A stretch of DNA of 64,000 nucleotides from a virus. Positions 1 through 10,140 of this stretch are shown in pieces; within the stretch, counting starts at the first letter, position 1, and each line of letters starts with the position of its first letter. The translations under genes and the position numbers were made by a program. Below the pieces are notes generated by a model that saw only the letters and a program-made list of their open reading frames with translations, made no database searches and was not told where the DNA came from. The stretch spans positions 13,879 through 77,878 of IMG/VR virus record IMGVR_UViG_3300025647_000026; one strand, given 5' to 3'.

Positions 1-3
1 ACA

Positions 4-1032
4 ATGAGAGCAATGGTAGCAGCAGACTTACCAACAGTACCTTACGGTAAAGGTGGTAATGGACTTACTACATTAGGGACTGCTTATCAAATGCTTAGAG
101 CAAATAGTGCTGCTACTGCAAACGAATGGTTTACAATGGTTGCAGGAAGTAATAAAGTTACTTTAACTCCAAGTAGTGGTACACCTAATAAACTTACAAT
201 AGATGTTGACCCAACTAAAATAGAAATAAATACTTTAGCAGCAACTGCCCCTTTAGATATTAATAAAGGAGGAACAGGAGCAGCAACAGCACAATTAGCT
301 ATAAATGCCTTAACAGCAGTAGTGAGCGCTACTATTGGAGATGTTCTTACTAAGGTAGGCTCTGCGGTTGCATGGGCTGCTCAGTCGGTTGGAATTGTAA
401 CATTAAATGGATTAACAGGAACTTCGGTAACTATTGGAGCTGACGATATTGTAGCAGGCGCTACTAATAAGTGGTATACCGCAACAGAAATAGCGGCAAT
501 GGCGGCAAACACAGCAAAGGTTACTAACGCTACTCACACAGGCGATGTTACGGGAAGTGGTGCTTTAACAATAGCTGCTAATGCGGTTACTTATGCTAAA
601 ATGCAAGCAGTAAGCGCTACTAAAAGTTTATTAGGAAGAATTACCGCAGGTGCAGGAAGCACAGAAGAAATAGCAATTAGCGGTAACTTAGCAATGAGTG
701 CTACTGACCTAATTGTTAGAACTTCTAAAGTAAAAACTATTACAGCTAATTATAGTGTACCTATTACAGAAGGAACTGTTTTAGTAAATGGCTCAAGTTT
801 AACAATAACATTACCTGATACAGGTAGTATTTCACTATCAGTTGGCGATGAATTTATAATTAAAAACATAGCAGGAGCTACAAATAATTCGTTGGTAGTA
901 TTTAACGCTGGTATTGAAGAAATAGATGGTTCGGCTACCTATGCTGGTTTAAACTTAGCCTACAACTGTGTTACCGTTAAATTTGGTGGTTCAAACAGAT
1001 GGTATATAATGAATAAAATAACAACAGGATAG
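4..1032 (+). CDS. Tail fibre/virion appendage protein (probably 5'-truncated by window edge)
   Basis: Gly/Ala/Thr-rich, motifs KGGTGAATA and HTGDVTGSGALTI typical of phage fibres; C-terminal TITLP...GDEFIIKN...IDG domain. Confidence 0.7.
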   Translation: MRAMVAADLPTVPYGKGGNGLTTLGTAYQMLRANSAATANEWFTMVAGSNKVTLTPSSGTPNKLTIDVDPTKIEINTLAATAPLDINKGGTGAATAQLAINALTAVVSATIGDVLTKVGSAVAWAAQSVGIVTLNGLTGTSVTIGADDIVAGATNKWYTATEIAAMAANTAKVTNATHTGDVTGSGALTIAANAVTYAKMQAVSATKSLLGRITAGAGSTEEIAISGNLAMSATDLIVRTSKVKTITANYSVPITEGTVLVNGSSLTITLPDTGSISLSVGDEFIIKNIAGATNNSLVVFNAGIEEIDGSATYAGLNLAYNCVTVKFGGSNRWYIMNKITTG

Positions 1033-1034
1033 TA

Positions 1035-1898
1035 ATGGCAACAGATATAATTATTTCTTATGACAAGAATACAAACGAAACAATTAGCGTTTCTGATAGT
1101 ACGGACTATGCTACACTTGGTGTTAATATTTCCGCTATTAATGGTATTAGGTATTTATTTGCTACTTATAATAGTATTCTCAATGCTTCAGCAGTTGCTT
1201 CTTTATTAGCTAATACTGAATATATTGTTGTTAGCGGTTCTTTTGTTCTTAATGGAACTACTTACGTTGCTAACGATATGTTTGTAGTACACGCTGACTT
1301 TACGCTACCTACAAGTGGTGTTGTAGTTAATACTACTGGCTATTATTGTTTGCCTAACTTAACTATTCCTTACAGCCAAATTACTAGCGTATATACTCCT
1401 AGCACTATTGGCGAAGCAGATGTTTACTTTCAAGATGACTTTAGGTATGTTCGTTACGATATTTTTAATACAGTTTATAATAGTGGCGATTTACTTTCAG
1501 ATGGCGTTTGCTTAGTGCAAGGTACTTTAGGTAGTTCTATAATAGTTAATTCTACCGCTACTTATTATGTAGGGCAAACCTTTACAGCAGTTGCTAACGA
1601 TGATTTTGTTGCCACAGGTACTGCTTATGTAGTAGCTTTTTTAGATACATCTACTTCTGCGTTTTGGACTGACGCTAATGCTACCGATATAATGAAAACT
1701 TATAACGATTCACTAGCTAATAGTACTTATAATGTAAGCGAAGATTTTAGAGCAAATTATATTAAAGCAGTTACTTGCTTATCAATGCCTTATATACAAT
1801 CTTTTACAGGTGCTACTTATAGCGCAAGTGATATTCAGAATAACCTTGATTATATTAATTCAGTACTAACCGATAATAAAAATATACGCAATGCTTAG
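1035..1898 (+). CDS. Putative virion structural protein (paralogue of 12926..13804)
   Basis: Repeated EY-x-V...NGTTY...F motif shared with 12926..13804; lies in structural operon. Confidence 0.55.
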   Translation: MATDIIISYDKNTNETISVSDSTDYATLGVNISAINGIRYLFATYNSILNASAVASLLANTEYIVVSGSFVLNGTTYVANDMFVVHADFTLPTSGVVVNTTGYYCLPNLTIPYSQITSVYTPSTIGEADVYFQDDFRYVRYDIFNTVYNSGDLLSDGVCLVQGTLGSSIIVNSTATYYVGQTFTAVANDDFVATGTAYVVAFLDTSTSAFWTDANATDIMKTYNDSLANSTYNVSEDFRANYIKAVTCLSMPYIQSFTGATYSASDIQNNLDYINSVLTDNKNIRNA

Positions 1899-2121
1899 AC
1901 CACGATATGCAACCACTTTTAAAACTATTACTAACAAGATACTTTCAAGCGAAGGTTTGGCTACAACTGACTACACAAGAGGAAAGAATAAACCTAGCAC
2001 CCTTATTTCTTTTTATCCTTTTATTAGTTTATCTATTGTGGATTCTCTTATTTCAAGTGATACCGATACCGTTTCGATGAATAATAATTTAGACTTTTTA
2101 CTAACACAATGGCAATATTAA
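1891..2121 (+). CDS. Hypothetical (structural operon)
   Basis: ORF overlapping upstream stop. Confidence 0.5.
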   Translation: MLRPRYATTFKTITNKILSSEGLATTDYTRGKNKPSTLISFYPFISLSIVDSLISSDTDTVSMNNNLDFLLTQWQY

Positions 2122-2122
2122 T

Positions 2123-2506
2123 ATGACTATACTTAAAACACCAATACCCCAATCCGTAATGGATTCCCTTAGCGATTATATCGCTAATAATTCACCTTTA
2201 AAATTTGATGCAAATAATACTGCCACAGGTACTACTTCTGCTACTTTAAATACTGATAGCGGTGTTGTAGTTTATACTACTGCTATTCCTACTGCTATTC
2301 CTAAAGCCTATACTTTAACTAATAGCAAAGTAAAATCTACTAGCAAAGTTTCGTGGAGTCTTATTTATTCTCCACTAGCAGACGAAGCAATTGTGCCTTG
2401 TTACTATCAAGTACAAGCAGGAGCAATAGTTTTTTGGATAGGAATGCTAGGAGGTACTGTATCGGACTCTAGTATTGAAATTGATTTTCAAATATTAAAC
2501 CCATAA
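2123..2506 (+). CDS. Putative virion protein
   Basis: Thr/Ser-rich beta-type ORF, coupled to upstream gene. Confidence 0.5.
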   Translation: MTILKTPIPQSVMDSLSDYIANNSPLKFDANNTATGTTSATLNTDSGVVVYTTAIPTAIPKAYTLTNSKVKSTSKVSWSLIYSPLADEAIVPCYYQVQAGAIVFWIGMLGGTVSDSSIEIDFQILNP

Positions 2507-2577
2507 CCAACAACAAACATTAAATTATCAGCTAGTACTAATTGGAAGTTAGTACTAGCTTAATAAAAACAAACATT

Positions 2578-2967
2578 ATGCTTACAGAACAAGAATTAAA
2601 AGAATTACCCAAACTTAGCTTAGATTTTCAAATAAAAATTAAAGAATGGGATAGACTATTCTCAATTGTAAAAAAAAGCCACTCTTTAAGCACTTATATG
2701 ACTATTTATAAACAAAAAAAGTCTTGGCAAGATGAGATAGATAAGTCGCCTTTTACCATTCGTAGTAAACATGAAGATGAAGATGCACGAGCGCAGTCCG
2801 AAACTAGCTTAAAAATAATCAAACTATTACCTGATTTAGATACTGATTTAGAAAAGCTTTATATCAAAATGACTACCGATGAAAAAACAGAAGTAGAAAG
2901 AGTAAAGGCAGGAGAAGCAGAAAATATTTTAGCATTACATTTAAAAGCAAATGGCGAAAAAGCATAG
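2578..2967 (+). CDS. Possible terminase small subunit
   Basis: Helical ~129 aa ORF overlapping TerL start; ATG 2578 follows A-rich leader; call by position only. Confidence 0.4.
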   Translation: MLTEQELKELPKLSLDFQIKIKEWDRLFSIVKKSHSLSTYMTIYKQKKSWQDEIDKSPFTIRSKHEDEDARAQSETSLKIIKLLPDLDTDLEKLYIKMTTDEKTEVERVKAGEAENILALHLKANGEKA

Positions 2968-4951
2968 TGTAGAATTATTTGGAACGCAAGGCGAAAAAGG
3001 CGAAAGCGATATAGAGCCTAAAAATATGTTCTACGAATGCCCAGAGCCTTTTGAACCCGTATATAACAAAGATTTACCAAAGAAGCAACAAAAGTGGGAA
3101 AGACCTAAAGACCCTAACTTTAGCCACATGACTGTTGAAGAAAAACAAAATTATCAGTTAAAGGAACTATTTAGGTTAGAGAATGGATTTCACTTTTATA
3201 ACAATGGTGAGTTAGTTTATCTTACGGGTTCTCATTACGGGTTCTTGAAGCACTGGGATTTAGGCGGGAGTACTTACCCTAGTTATAGGTGGAGTCACGC
3301 TCAATTGGCTTATATTCAAGATATTTGTAAAAAAGATGACAATTGTTATGGTTTAGTAGCTTACACTCAAAAACGTTGGGGAAAATCGGAAATGATTCCT
3401 TCTCGTATGCTTTTTGATAGCTTATTAAGACCTAAAGCAAGTTATTTCTTACAAGCAACCAAAGACGACAAGGCACAGTCTTTATTCCAAAGAACATTAA
3501 ATGCGTTCCTTTCTTTAGGAAACTCCCTACCTTATATTTATCAACATACCTATAAGAATGATACTATATTCTTTCGCCAGAATCAAACAATTAAAAGAAG
3601 TTCAGACAAAGTAACTTTTAAAGACGGTAACTATACTCGCATTGAAGCATTGCCTAGTAAAATAACCTCTATTCAAGGAGAAAAAATAACAGAATATTTT
3701 TTAGATGAATTTAGTAGTCAAGAACTTATGGATATGGAACAGTTGTTTGGCACACTAATAGCACAAGCAACGCAAGGTACGAAAGATATTATTGGTAAGA
3801 TTTGGATGGTATCTACTGTTGAAAATGGTAAAGCTAAAGCTGTTCCTTTTAGTAAAGAGTTGTGGTACGCAAGTGATATTAACAAGAGAAATAAAAACGG
3901 TAGAACTCAAAGTGGCTTATATCGTATGCTTATTCCTTACTATCTATCAGACCCCTCTTTTATTGACGAGCATGGAAACCCTAAAGTAGAAGAAGCTAAA
4001 GCTTACTTTGCTAATATGTGTGAAGGACTTTCTGACTCTAAAAGGGCATTACTTAAAAGACAGTTTCCCGAAAGAGTTGAAGATATTTTTGATATAAATA
4101 GAAGTGGCGGATTAGAAATTGATGTTATTGAAACTTTAAGGTTAAGAGAAAAGCAATTAAGGGGTATTAATGCTCCTATGTATAAAGTTCATAGAAATCC
4201 TTCCACTAAAGAAATATCTTTAAACCCTATGGGGAAAGGTGAAGATACTAATGAATTTTCTTGTGAAATATTTGAACAGCCACAAGAACACCATTTATAC
4301 CGTGTAGGGTTAGATGCTACAAGTACGGATATTAGCAGTACAAATAAAAATGCTGATGGTTCTGAAAAAGGTAAAACTAAATCTAAGTACGCTCTTGTTA
4401 TTCATAGAGTAACTGGCGATAATCAATATGTAGATGTAGCTAATATTTGCATTAGACCCGATAAAAGAACTATGGTAGAGAAAGCTGCTTTATGGCTATG
4501 TATGTATTACAATAAGTTTGGTGGGCTTAGAACCTATATAGAGAGAAATGCTAGTGCAGGAAGTACTATTACCGATTTATTTGAAGCAGAAGGTCAGCAA
4601 AAGTTATTGATAAGGCAGTTAGTAAAGCACAATACTGATAAATTGCTTGAAAAAAGCGGTAATGCTTACGGAATCTATTTGGACTCAAACAACAAAGAGT
4701 ACCGTACTTCGGTTATGAATAAGTATTTAAGGCTATATGGGCATCAAATAAACTCTTTACGAATTGTACAAGATTTATTAATCTATGGTAGTGAGAACTC
4801 CGATTTGTCCGATGCTTACGGTGTAGGCTGTATGGCTTGTGGAAACTTTGACCCCGATACTCAAAATATAGCCAAAGAAAAAGTTAAATCTCAAATGTGG
4901 ACAAGCAAATATGTCAATGGCGAGTTTAAATGGGAACTAAAAGAAGGATAG
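2951..4951 (+). CDS. terL: Terminase large subunit
   Basis: GFHFYNNG...LTGSHY N-terminal motif, Walker A-like KRWGKS, Walker B YFLDE, coupling motif VST, RNase H-like VGLD...D; directly upstream of portal. Confidence 0.9.
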   Translation: MAKKHSVELFGTQGEKGESDIEPKNMFYECPEPFEPVYNKDLPKKQQKWERPKDPNFSHMTVEEKQNYQLKELFRLENGFHFYNNGELVYLTGSHYGFLKHWDLGGSTYPSYRWSHAQLAYIQDICKKDDNCYGLVAYTQKRWGKSEMIPSRMLFDSLLRPKASYFLQATKDDKAQSLFQRTLNAFLSLGNSLPYIYQHTYKNDTIFFRQNQTIKRSSDKVTFKDGNYTRIEALPSKITSIQGEKITEYFLDEFSSQELMDMEQLFGTLIAQATQGTKDIIGKIWMVSTVENGKAKAVPFSKELWYASDINKRNKNGRTQSGLYRMLIPYYLSDPSFIDEHGNPKVEEAKAYFANMCEGLSDSKRALLKRQFPERVEDIFDINRSGGLEIDVIETLRLREKQLRGINAPMYKVHRNPSTKEISLNPMGKGEDTNEFSCEIFEQPQEHHLYRVGLDATSTDISSTNKNADGSEKGKTKSKYALVIHRVTGDNQYVDVANICIRPDKRTMVEKAALWLCMYYNKFGGLRTYIERNASAGSTITDLFEAEGQQKLLIRQLVKHNTDKLLEKSGNAYGIYLDSNNKEYRTSVMNKYLRLYGHQINSLRIVQDLLIYGSENSDLSDAYGVGCMACGNFDPDTQNIAKEKVKSQMWTSKYVNGEFKWELKEG

Positions 4952-4953
4952 AT

Positions 4954-4984
4954 TTTGAAATTATAATGTTTTAACGTAAATTTG
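4954..4984 (+). promoter_or_regulatory. Canonical Bacteroidota promoter TTTG-N19-TAAATTTG for portal
   Basis: Exact -33/-7 consensus; ATG 7 nt downstream. Confidence 0.7.
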
Positions 4985-4991
4985 CAATGAA

Positions 4992-7154
4992 ATGAAATCG
5001 AAATTAATAAATTCAGTTATATCAGGAGGAGCTTCTCCTTCAATACAACCTAATCAATCAAATGATAGGAAAGAATGGGAAGGTTCTGATTATGCTAAAA
5101 ACATTCGATGGATTGTAGGTACTTCTTATAACCAACCAATTGTTTCTACTCAAATGAGAGGTGCTATTGGCGACCCTTACGATAGAATAAACACTAGGTT
5201 TATAGACCAATATGTATTTGCTGCTCGTTATATTTACGGTTTGCAGTATAATACTGAATACGAATGGGCTTCTAAAGATGCGACAAATGCTGCTACTCAA
5301 ATACCAATGTGGCGTGGACTTGAAATATCTGCTATGTTCCGTTATTTTGATGGAAAGTGCCGCCAACAGTTTAAGCCTTTACCTAAAATATTACAAGCTA
5401 ATGGTATTAGTGAAGGTATATTAAGTAGGAAAGCTTTAAAATTAAACGTATTAAAGTCAGTAGTAGATGCTAAAGAGTTTCTATTAGACCAAAAAGAATT
5501 AGGTAATATTGAATTAGAAATACCTCAAGGGTTAAATATTAACGATGAAATGAATATCCAAAAGTATTTTAAAACTTTTATGGATGACATAGAATCTGCT
5601 TATAGAAACTTAGGTAAGGATTTCTTATACCGTAATCGCTACTTTGATTTATTCCTTAAAGCTGCTCAGTATTGTTTTATTGGTGGGCGTTCTTTAATTA
5701 GAATTTACGAAAGTAAAGGTAGGGTTTATATGAGGGTTGTAGAACCTGAATATGCTATTATTGATATGACTCGTAACGAAGACCATCATATTAACGATGC
5801 TTTAGCGGGTGAATTTAAGCCTTATTCTGTTTCAGATATTGTTGCTAGGTTTGACTTTACTTCAGAAGAAGTAGAGGACTTAGAAGCAATTGCTATGAAT
5901 ACTGGTAATGCACAAGCCCCTTACGTTCAAGGTTGGAATTTTATTAATTGGTACTCTAACATGACTACCGTTCCTAAAGTGTGGGTAGCAGACGTTGAAT
6001 GGCGTTCTATTACTTATATTGATGGAGTTCCTGTTGAATGTATTCGTCAAGGGCAATTAATTGGAAATAAATATTTAAGAAACTGTGGTATTAAGCCTAA
6101 TAGTGTTTCTGATAAAAGAGATAAATCAAGACGTAGATTAGATTTTTGTGCCTTTACTCCTTTCACATTACTTGGTAGTAACATGGGTGTAGTAATGCTT
6201 GTACATAAAATTCAAGATATGAAAGATGCTTTAACTACTACTATGCAAGGTATGTTAGCTAGGGCAATGGGTAAAATTCCTTTCGTAGATACATCTCAAC
6301 TACCTGACTTTATGAAAACTCCCGATATGCTTGCTATGATGAAACAGCAAGGTATATTAGTAGGGAATAGAACAGAAGTAGAAGCAGGACAAGAAAAGAC
6401 TAACAAGATGATTGAAATTCTTGATATGACTGTTGACCCTAATGTTCAATTATACTTAGGTCAATTACAATATTGGGATAACGTACTTGCTGATGTACTT
6501 AATATGCCTATACAATCTCGTTTAGGTTCTTCTAACTACGTTGGTGAAGCTCAATTACAGAACAATATACTTAGTGCCGAAACAGGTACACAATGGCTAT
6601 ACGGTGGTTTAACTACCTTCTTTCAAGATGTAATATCGTTAGGTGTTGATAAGACTAGATTAGTTCTTGCTGACCAAGATGAAGGAGCATTTAGCTTACA
6701 AATAGGTGATACTGCTGCTACATTACTTAAAATGGATTCAGTACAAGAAATGCTTAACGATGACTTTGAGATTAGATTTGATTTTGATAGTCAATTAACA
6801 GAACAAGTGAAAGCTACATTATCTCAAATTACTGTTCAAGAAGCAGGTGTTAACCCTGATGCTAAACGTGAGTTTATTAAGATAATGAGAGCAGAAACTT
6901 TAGATAACGTAGAAGAGATACTTGATAATATGGCTTTATTACGCCAACAAGCTGAACAAGCTGCTATTAAACAACAACAAGATGCTGCTGCTGCTAATTC
7001 AGCAATGCAAGCACAAGCCCAACAGAATATAGCTGCTACGGGTGCTGCTACAAGTATGCAAAACAAAGAAGAAGAAGGCGACCAAAAGTTAATGCAACAA
7101 ATGCTTGACCAAGACCACCAAAAAGAAATGCAACAAGGAGAAATTAAACAATAA
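4992..7154 (+). CDS. Portal protein
   Basis: 720 aa after TerL, Q/A-rich C-terminal coiled-coil barrel typical of podoviral/crAss-like portals. Confidence 0.85.
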   Translation: MKSKLINSVISGGASPSIQPNQSNDRKEWEGSDYAKNIRWIVGTSYNQPIVSTQMRGAIGDPYDRINTRFIDQYVFAARYIYGLQYNTEYEWASKDATNAATQIPMWRGLEISAMFRYFDGKCRQQFKPLPKILQANGISEGILSRKALKLNVLKSVVDAKEFLLDQKELGNIELEIPQGLNINDEMNIQKYFKTFMDDIESAYRNLGKDFLYRNRYFDLFLKAAQYCFIGGRSLIRIYESKGRVYMRVVEPEYAIIDMTRNEDHHINDALAGEFKPYSVSDIVARFDFTSEEVEDLEAIAMNTGNAQAPYVQGWNFINWYSNMTTVPKVWVADVEWRSITYIDGVPVECIRQGQLIGNKYLRNCGIKPNSVSDKRDKSRRRLDFCAFTPFTLLGSNMGVVMLVHKIQDMKDALTTTMQGMLARAMGKIPFVDTSQLPDFMKTPDMLAMMKQQGILVGNRTEVEAGQEKTNKMIEILDMTVDPNVQLYLGQLQYWDNVLADVLNMPIQSRLGSSNYVGEAQLQNNILSAETGTQWLYGGLTTFFQDVISLGVDKTRLVLADQDEGAFSLQIGDTAATLLKMDSVQEMLNDDFEIRFDFDSQLTEQVKATLSQITVQEAGVNPDAKREFIKIMRAETLDNVEEILDNMALLRQQAEQAAIKQQQDAAAANSAMQAQAQQNIAATGAATSMQNKEEEGDQKLMQQMLDQDHQKEMQQGEIKQ

Positions 7155-7171
7155 AAGAAAACAAACAAACA

Positions 7172-8398
7172 ATGAAAAGAGAAGTAACAATCAAAACGAA
7201 GCAAGCCCTAAGCGCTGCTCCCAAAATCAGGTTCGAAACGAAAGCTAGAACAACAAACGTAAACAAAGGAGATTGGGCTTGCCTTATTTCTGAAGGAAAT
7301 GTATTGCGTAAATTAGATTATTTGCCTAGTGGCTTAGATGAGAAATCAATACAAGCTGCTGAAAGAAATAAGATTCATTCAATTGAATTAAATGGATTTA
7401 TGACAGAGGGCGATAAGAAAGTATTCTTTACTACTTTTACTTATTTTGATTCAAGTACAGAAGCAGTAGAAAATGGTCTATCGCCAGAGGATAATGATAA
7501 TATTAAAGTATTGTTAGCTTTCCTTAAACTTCATAACGAAGTATCTTTTAGAAACGATGCAGGGGCTGAATTAAACCCTAATGTGAACTTTAACTTAGTG
7601 AAGTATGATTACATTGATAACGTAGCTAAAATTGAAAAAGTAACTGAAAATAATTTCTTAGTTATTGATGCTACTTCTCAATTGAAATCATGGTTCGAAA
7701 ATGACAAGCAAAAGCTAATTGATTTCGCCTACATTTGGGGTGTTAAGAATATTAGTGGTTACGAAGAAAGAAGTTTATTTAACCATTGTGTATCGTTAGT
7801 TAATTCTGACATTAACAAATACAGCATTGTTGCTAAGAAATTAGAAGATTCAATGCAAGTAGCTGTTACTAAAGGTACTGTTTTGATTAAGAACGATAAG
7901 TTTATTATTGAAAAGGTTGGTGCTTACTTCATGTTTAACGAAGAAAATATAGGTACTGATGCTAATGAAGCTGTGGCTTACTTTAAAAAGAACAAACAAC
8001 AGTATAACTTATTGAAGCTTGAATTAGGTATTTCAGAACCTAGTGCTGATATTCAATTAGCAGAAACTACTGTTGAACCTATTGGTGATGGATTAAAAAC
8101 TAAACCTGCTGTGTTTGAACGCATGGAAAAGGATAGAGATTTTAAAGAAATTGAAAGCACTAAGCTTAAAATAAGTAATAAACTGATGCAAATCATGGGT
8201 AAAGGACAAGATGTTACTGCCGATATGATTTCTAATAGATACCAATTCCTTAAAGATACTGGTAAAAGTGAAGCTAAGTGTATTGCTGAATTAGCGCAAG
8301 ACCCTCGTATTTCAAGCGTAGAGTTACAAGAGTGGTATTCAACTGAAATAGAAAGAGTGAGAGTTGAGAAAACTCCATACATAATTAAAACTAAATAA
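7172..8398 (+). CDS. Hypothetical virion-associated protein
   Basis: 408 aa ORF in portal operon. Confidence 0.5.
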   Translation: MKREVTIKTKQALSAAPKIRFETKARTTNVNKGDWACLISEGNVLRKLDYLPSGLDEKSIQAAERNKIHSIELNGFMTEGDKKVFFTTFTYFDSSTEAVENGLSPEDNDNIKVLLAFLKLHNEVSFRNDAGAELNPNVNFNLVKYDYIDNVAKIEKVTENNFLVIDATSQLKSWFENDKQKLIDFAYIWGVKNISGYEERSLFNHCVSLVNSDINKYSIVAKKLEDSMQVAVTKGTVLIKNDKFIIEKVGAYFMFNEENIGTDANEAVAYFKKNKQQYNLLKLELGISEPSADIQLAETTVEPIGDGLKTKPAVFERMEKDRDFKEIESTKLKISNKLMQIMGKGQDVTADMISNRYQFLKDTGKSEAKCIAELAQDPRISSVELQEWYSTEIERVRVEKTPYIIKTK

Positions 8399-8400
8399 TA

Positions 8401-9066
8401 ATGACTAACGACAACGGGATTTACGATGTGGTTTCTGAAAATGAAATTATACAACGAGTAAAATTAAAACTAGGAATAAGTGATACGCCTTTACACGATG
8501 CGTACCTTTACAATAGTTTAAATGATAAGGTAAGACAATTAAGGAACTTCTTTGTGTTTCCTTCTCACGTTGCGCAAATACCTATTGATTTAACCACGTT
8601 TACAGCACCGTTGCCGAAAGGATTTATTATTCTTGAAGGTCATAATCCTATAAGAACTTTTGCTTCTATTGGTAGTCTTAATTCTTCTGCTCCTTATATG
8701 CCAACTAACGGTTTTTATAAGGGCAGTTTTAATAATAATACTTCTGCTAGGGTTAAAGACGGATATGTGTGGTTTGGAACGCAAATTGAAGATTCTTATT
8801 GCCAAATATCATATATTGGTATTGCTTTAGATGAAAATGGCGAATTATCTTTGCCTAGAGTAGCTGATTTGTGTTTAACCTATGGAGTTATGTCTGATTT
8901 CTGTTTAGAGCGTGGCGACCCTTCGCAAATGGCTAAATATGCTACCTACTTGCACGAATACAAGGTAGAGAAAAGATATATTCGAGGATTGGCTGCTGAA
9001 AGCGATAGCCAAGAAGGCAAACGAATTGCAGATATTAACAATCACTTTGCTTTCAAGACTTATTAA
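8401..9066 (+). CDS. Putative head-tail adaptor/tail ring protein
   Basis: Size and helix-beta-helix layout (IIQRVKLKLG...LPKGF...ISY...P...LTYGV) like P22 gp4-type ring proteins. Confidence 0.6.
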   Translation: MTNDNGIYDVVSENEIIQRVKLKLGISDTPLHDAYLYNSLNDKVRQLRNFFVFPSHVAQIPIDLTTFTAPLPKGFIILEGHNPIRTFASIGSLNSSAPYMPTNGFYKGSFNNNTSARVKDGYVWFGTQIEDSYCQISYIGIALDENGELSLPRVADLCLTYGVMSDFCLERGDPSQMAKYATYLHEYKVEKRYIRGLAAESDSQEGKRIADINNHFAFKTY

Positions 9067-9103
9067 CAAAAAAGCCCTAATGTTTAGTTAGGGCTTTTTT
9101 GTT
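9065..9103. terminator. Bidirectional intrinsic terminator
   Basis: aacaaaaaagccctaa/ttagggcttttttgtt perfect IR between convergent genes. Confidence 0.9.
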
Positions 9104-9114
9104 TGTTAAAATTA

Positions 9115-9801
9115 TTATCCTAGAATACTATTCTTTAAAGCTGCTTGCTGTTCATTCCCAGCATCAGCAGTTACATCTTTTATGGCTCTAAACTCTGTTC
9201 TTAACGCTGCTATTGCTATTTCTTTCATTAAAGGAATATCACCTTCTCCAATCGGAAAAGTGTCCGTAGCGTAGTTAAAATTAGCTTTAGCTGCGTAAGG
9301 GTTTTGGTATATTCCTACTTCTAACACTTCTTTTAAAAGTTTATTTCCGTAAATCCTTCTTTCGTTTCCTACTATTAGCACAGCAGGTTTTTTAGCTAGT
9401 AGGCGTAAATCTTTAAACTGTTGAATTTCGTTTAAGCTTCTTGCGTAAAAGAATCCATTAGCTATGCTTTTAGTTCCGAAGTATTGTATTCCATCGTTGT
9501 ATTCATTTAAGCTTACTATGGGTAATCCTTCTACCGTTAGATAGTCTAATGTTGGGTCTTGTGATAATAAATTAATCGTATAGGTTACTTCTTGCTTCCA
9601 ACTTGCAGGTATAAGTTTGTTACCTTTTATAATAGTATTACTACCTTGTAATTTACCGCCATTGTAAGTAAGTATCATCACTTGCGCTCTCCATTGTGGC
9701 AGCATTTCAAAAATATAATTATCGTCAACTTTTTTATCGCTGCTGTTATAGCCACTATTTACGGCTCTAACTAATTCATCTACGAGTTTTAATGTATTCA
9801 T
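9115..9801 (-). CDS. Putative tail ring/adaptor protein
   Basis: Resembles crAss-like ring proteins (N-terminal helices, C-terminal GIYQNP...FPI motif). Confidence 0.55.
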   Translation of the reverse strand: MNTLKLVDELVRAVNSGYNSSDKKVDDNYIFEMLPQWRAQVMILTYNGGKLQGSNTIIKGNKLIPASWKQEVTYTINLLSQDPTLDYLTVEGLPIVSLNEYNDGIQYFGTKSIANGFFYARSLNEIQQFKDLRLLAKKPAVLIVGNERRIYGNKLLKEVLEVGIYQNPYAAKANFNYATDTFPIGEGDIPLMKEIAIAALRTEFRAIKDVTADAGNEQQAALKNSILG

Positions 9802-9810
9802 GTTGCAAAG

Positions 9811-10065
9811 TTAAGCTATTACTTGAAAATATCCGTTAAAAATTCCTTGCGTGTAACGTGTTGTCGCTCGCCAAAATCCTAAAAGTTGGTTTAGCCTATT
9901 AGTTATTAAAAGTGTATCGCTTTCAGTACAGCCTATAAATTGTTGGGCTGCTAGTAGGTTTGTTGCTTCTATTATTATTTTGTTTAGGTAGTTGTTGTTT
10001 GGTAGTCCTTTTTGTTCTAAGGCTATTTGTTCTAGTATTATTTCGTTTAGTTTATGAGTGTTCAT
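9811..10065 (-). CDS. Hypothetical protein
   Basis: Own TATCTTTG promoter at 10073-10080; its TAA stop forms the TAACTTTG promoter of the next gene. Confidence 0.6.
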   Translation of the reverse strand: MNTHKLNEIILEQIALEQKGLPNNNYLNKIIIEATNLLAAQQFIGCTESDTLLITNRLNQLLGFWRATTRYTQGIFNGYFQVIA

Positions 10066-10092
10066 GTCATTACAAAGATAAGGGTTTTATGC

Positions 10093-10140
10093 AACAAAAA
10101 GAAAAGCCGACTTGAAGTAAGTCAGCTATCCCTTTTTGTT
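10093..10140 (-). terminator. Intrinsic terminator fused to downstream promoter
   Basis: gccgactt/aagtcagc stem with T-tract on minus strand; related modules at 14823-14870, 19065-19110, 20846-20895. Confidence 0.7.
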
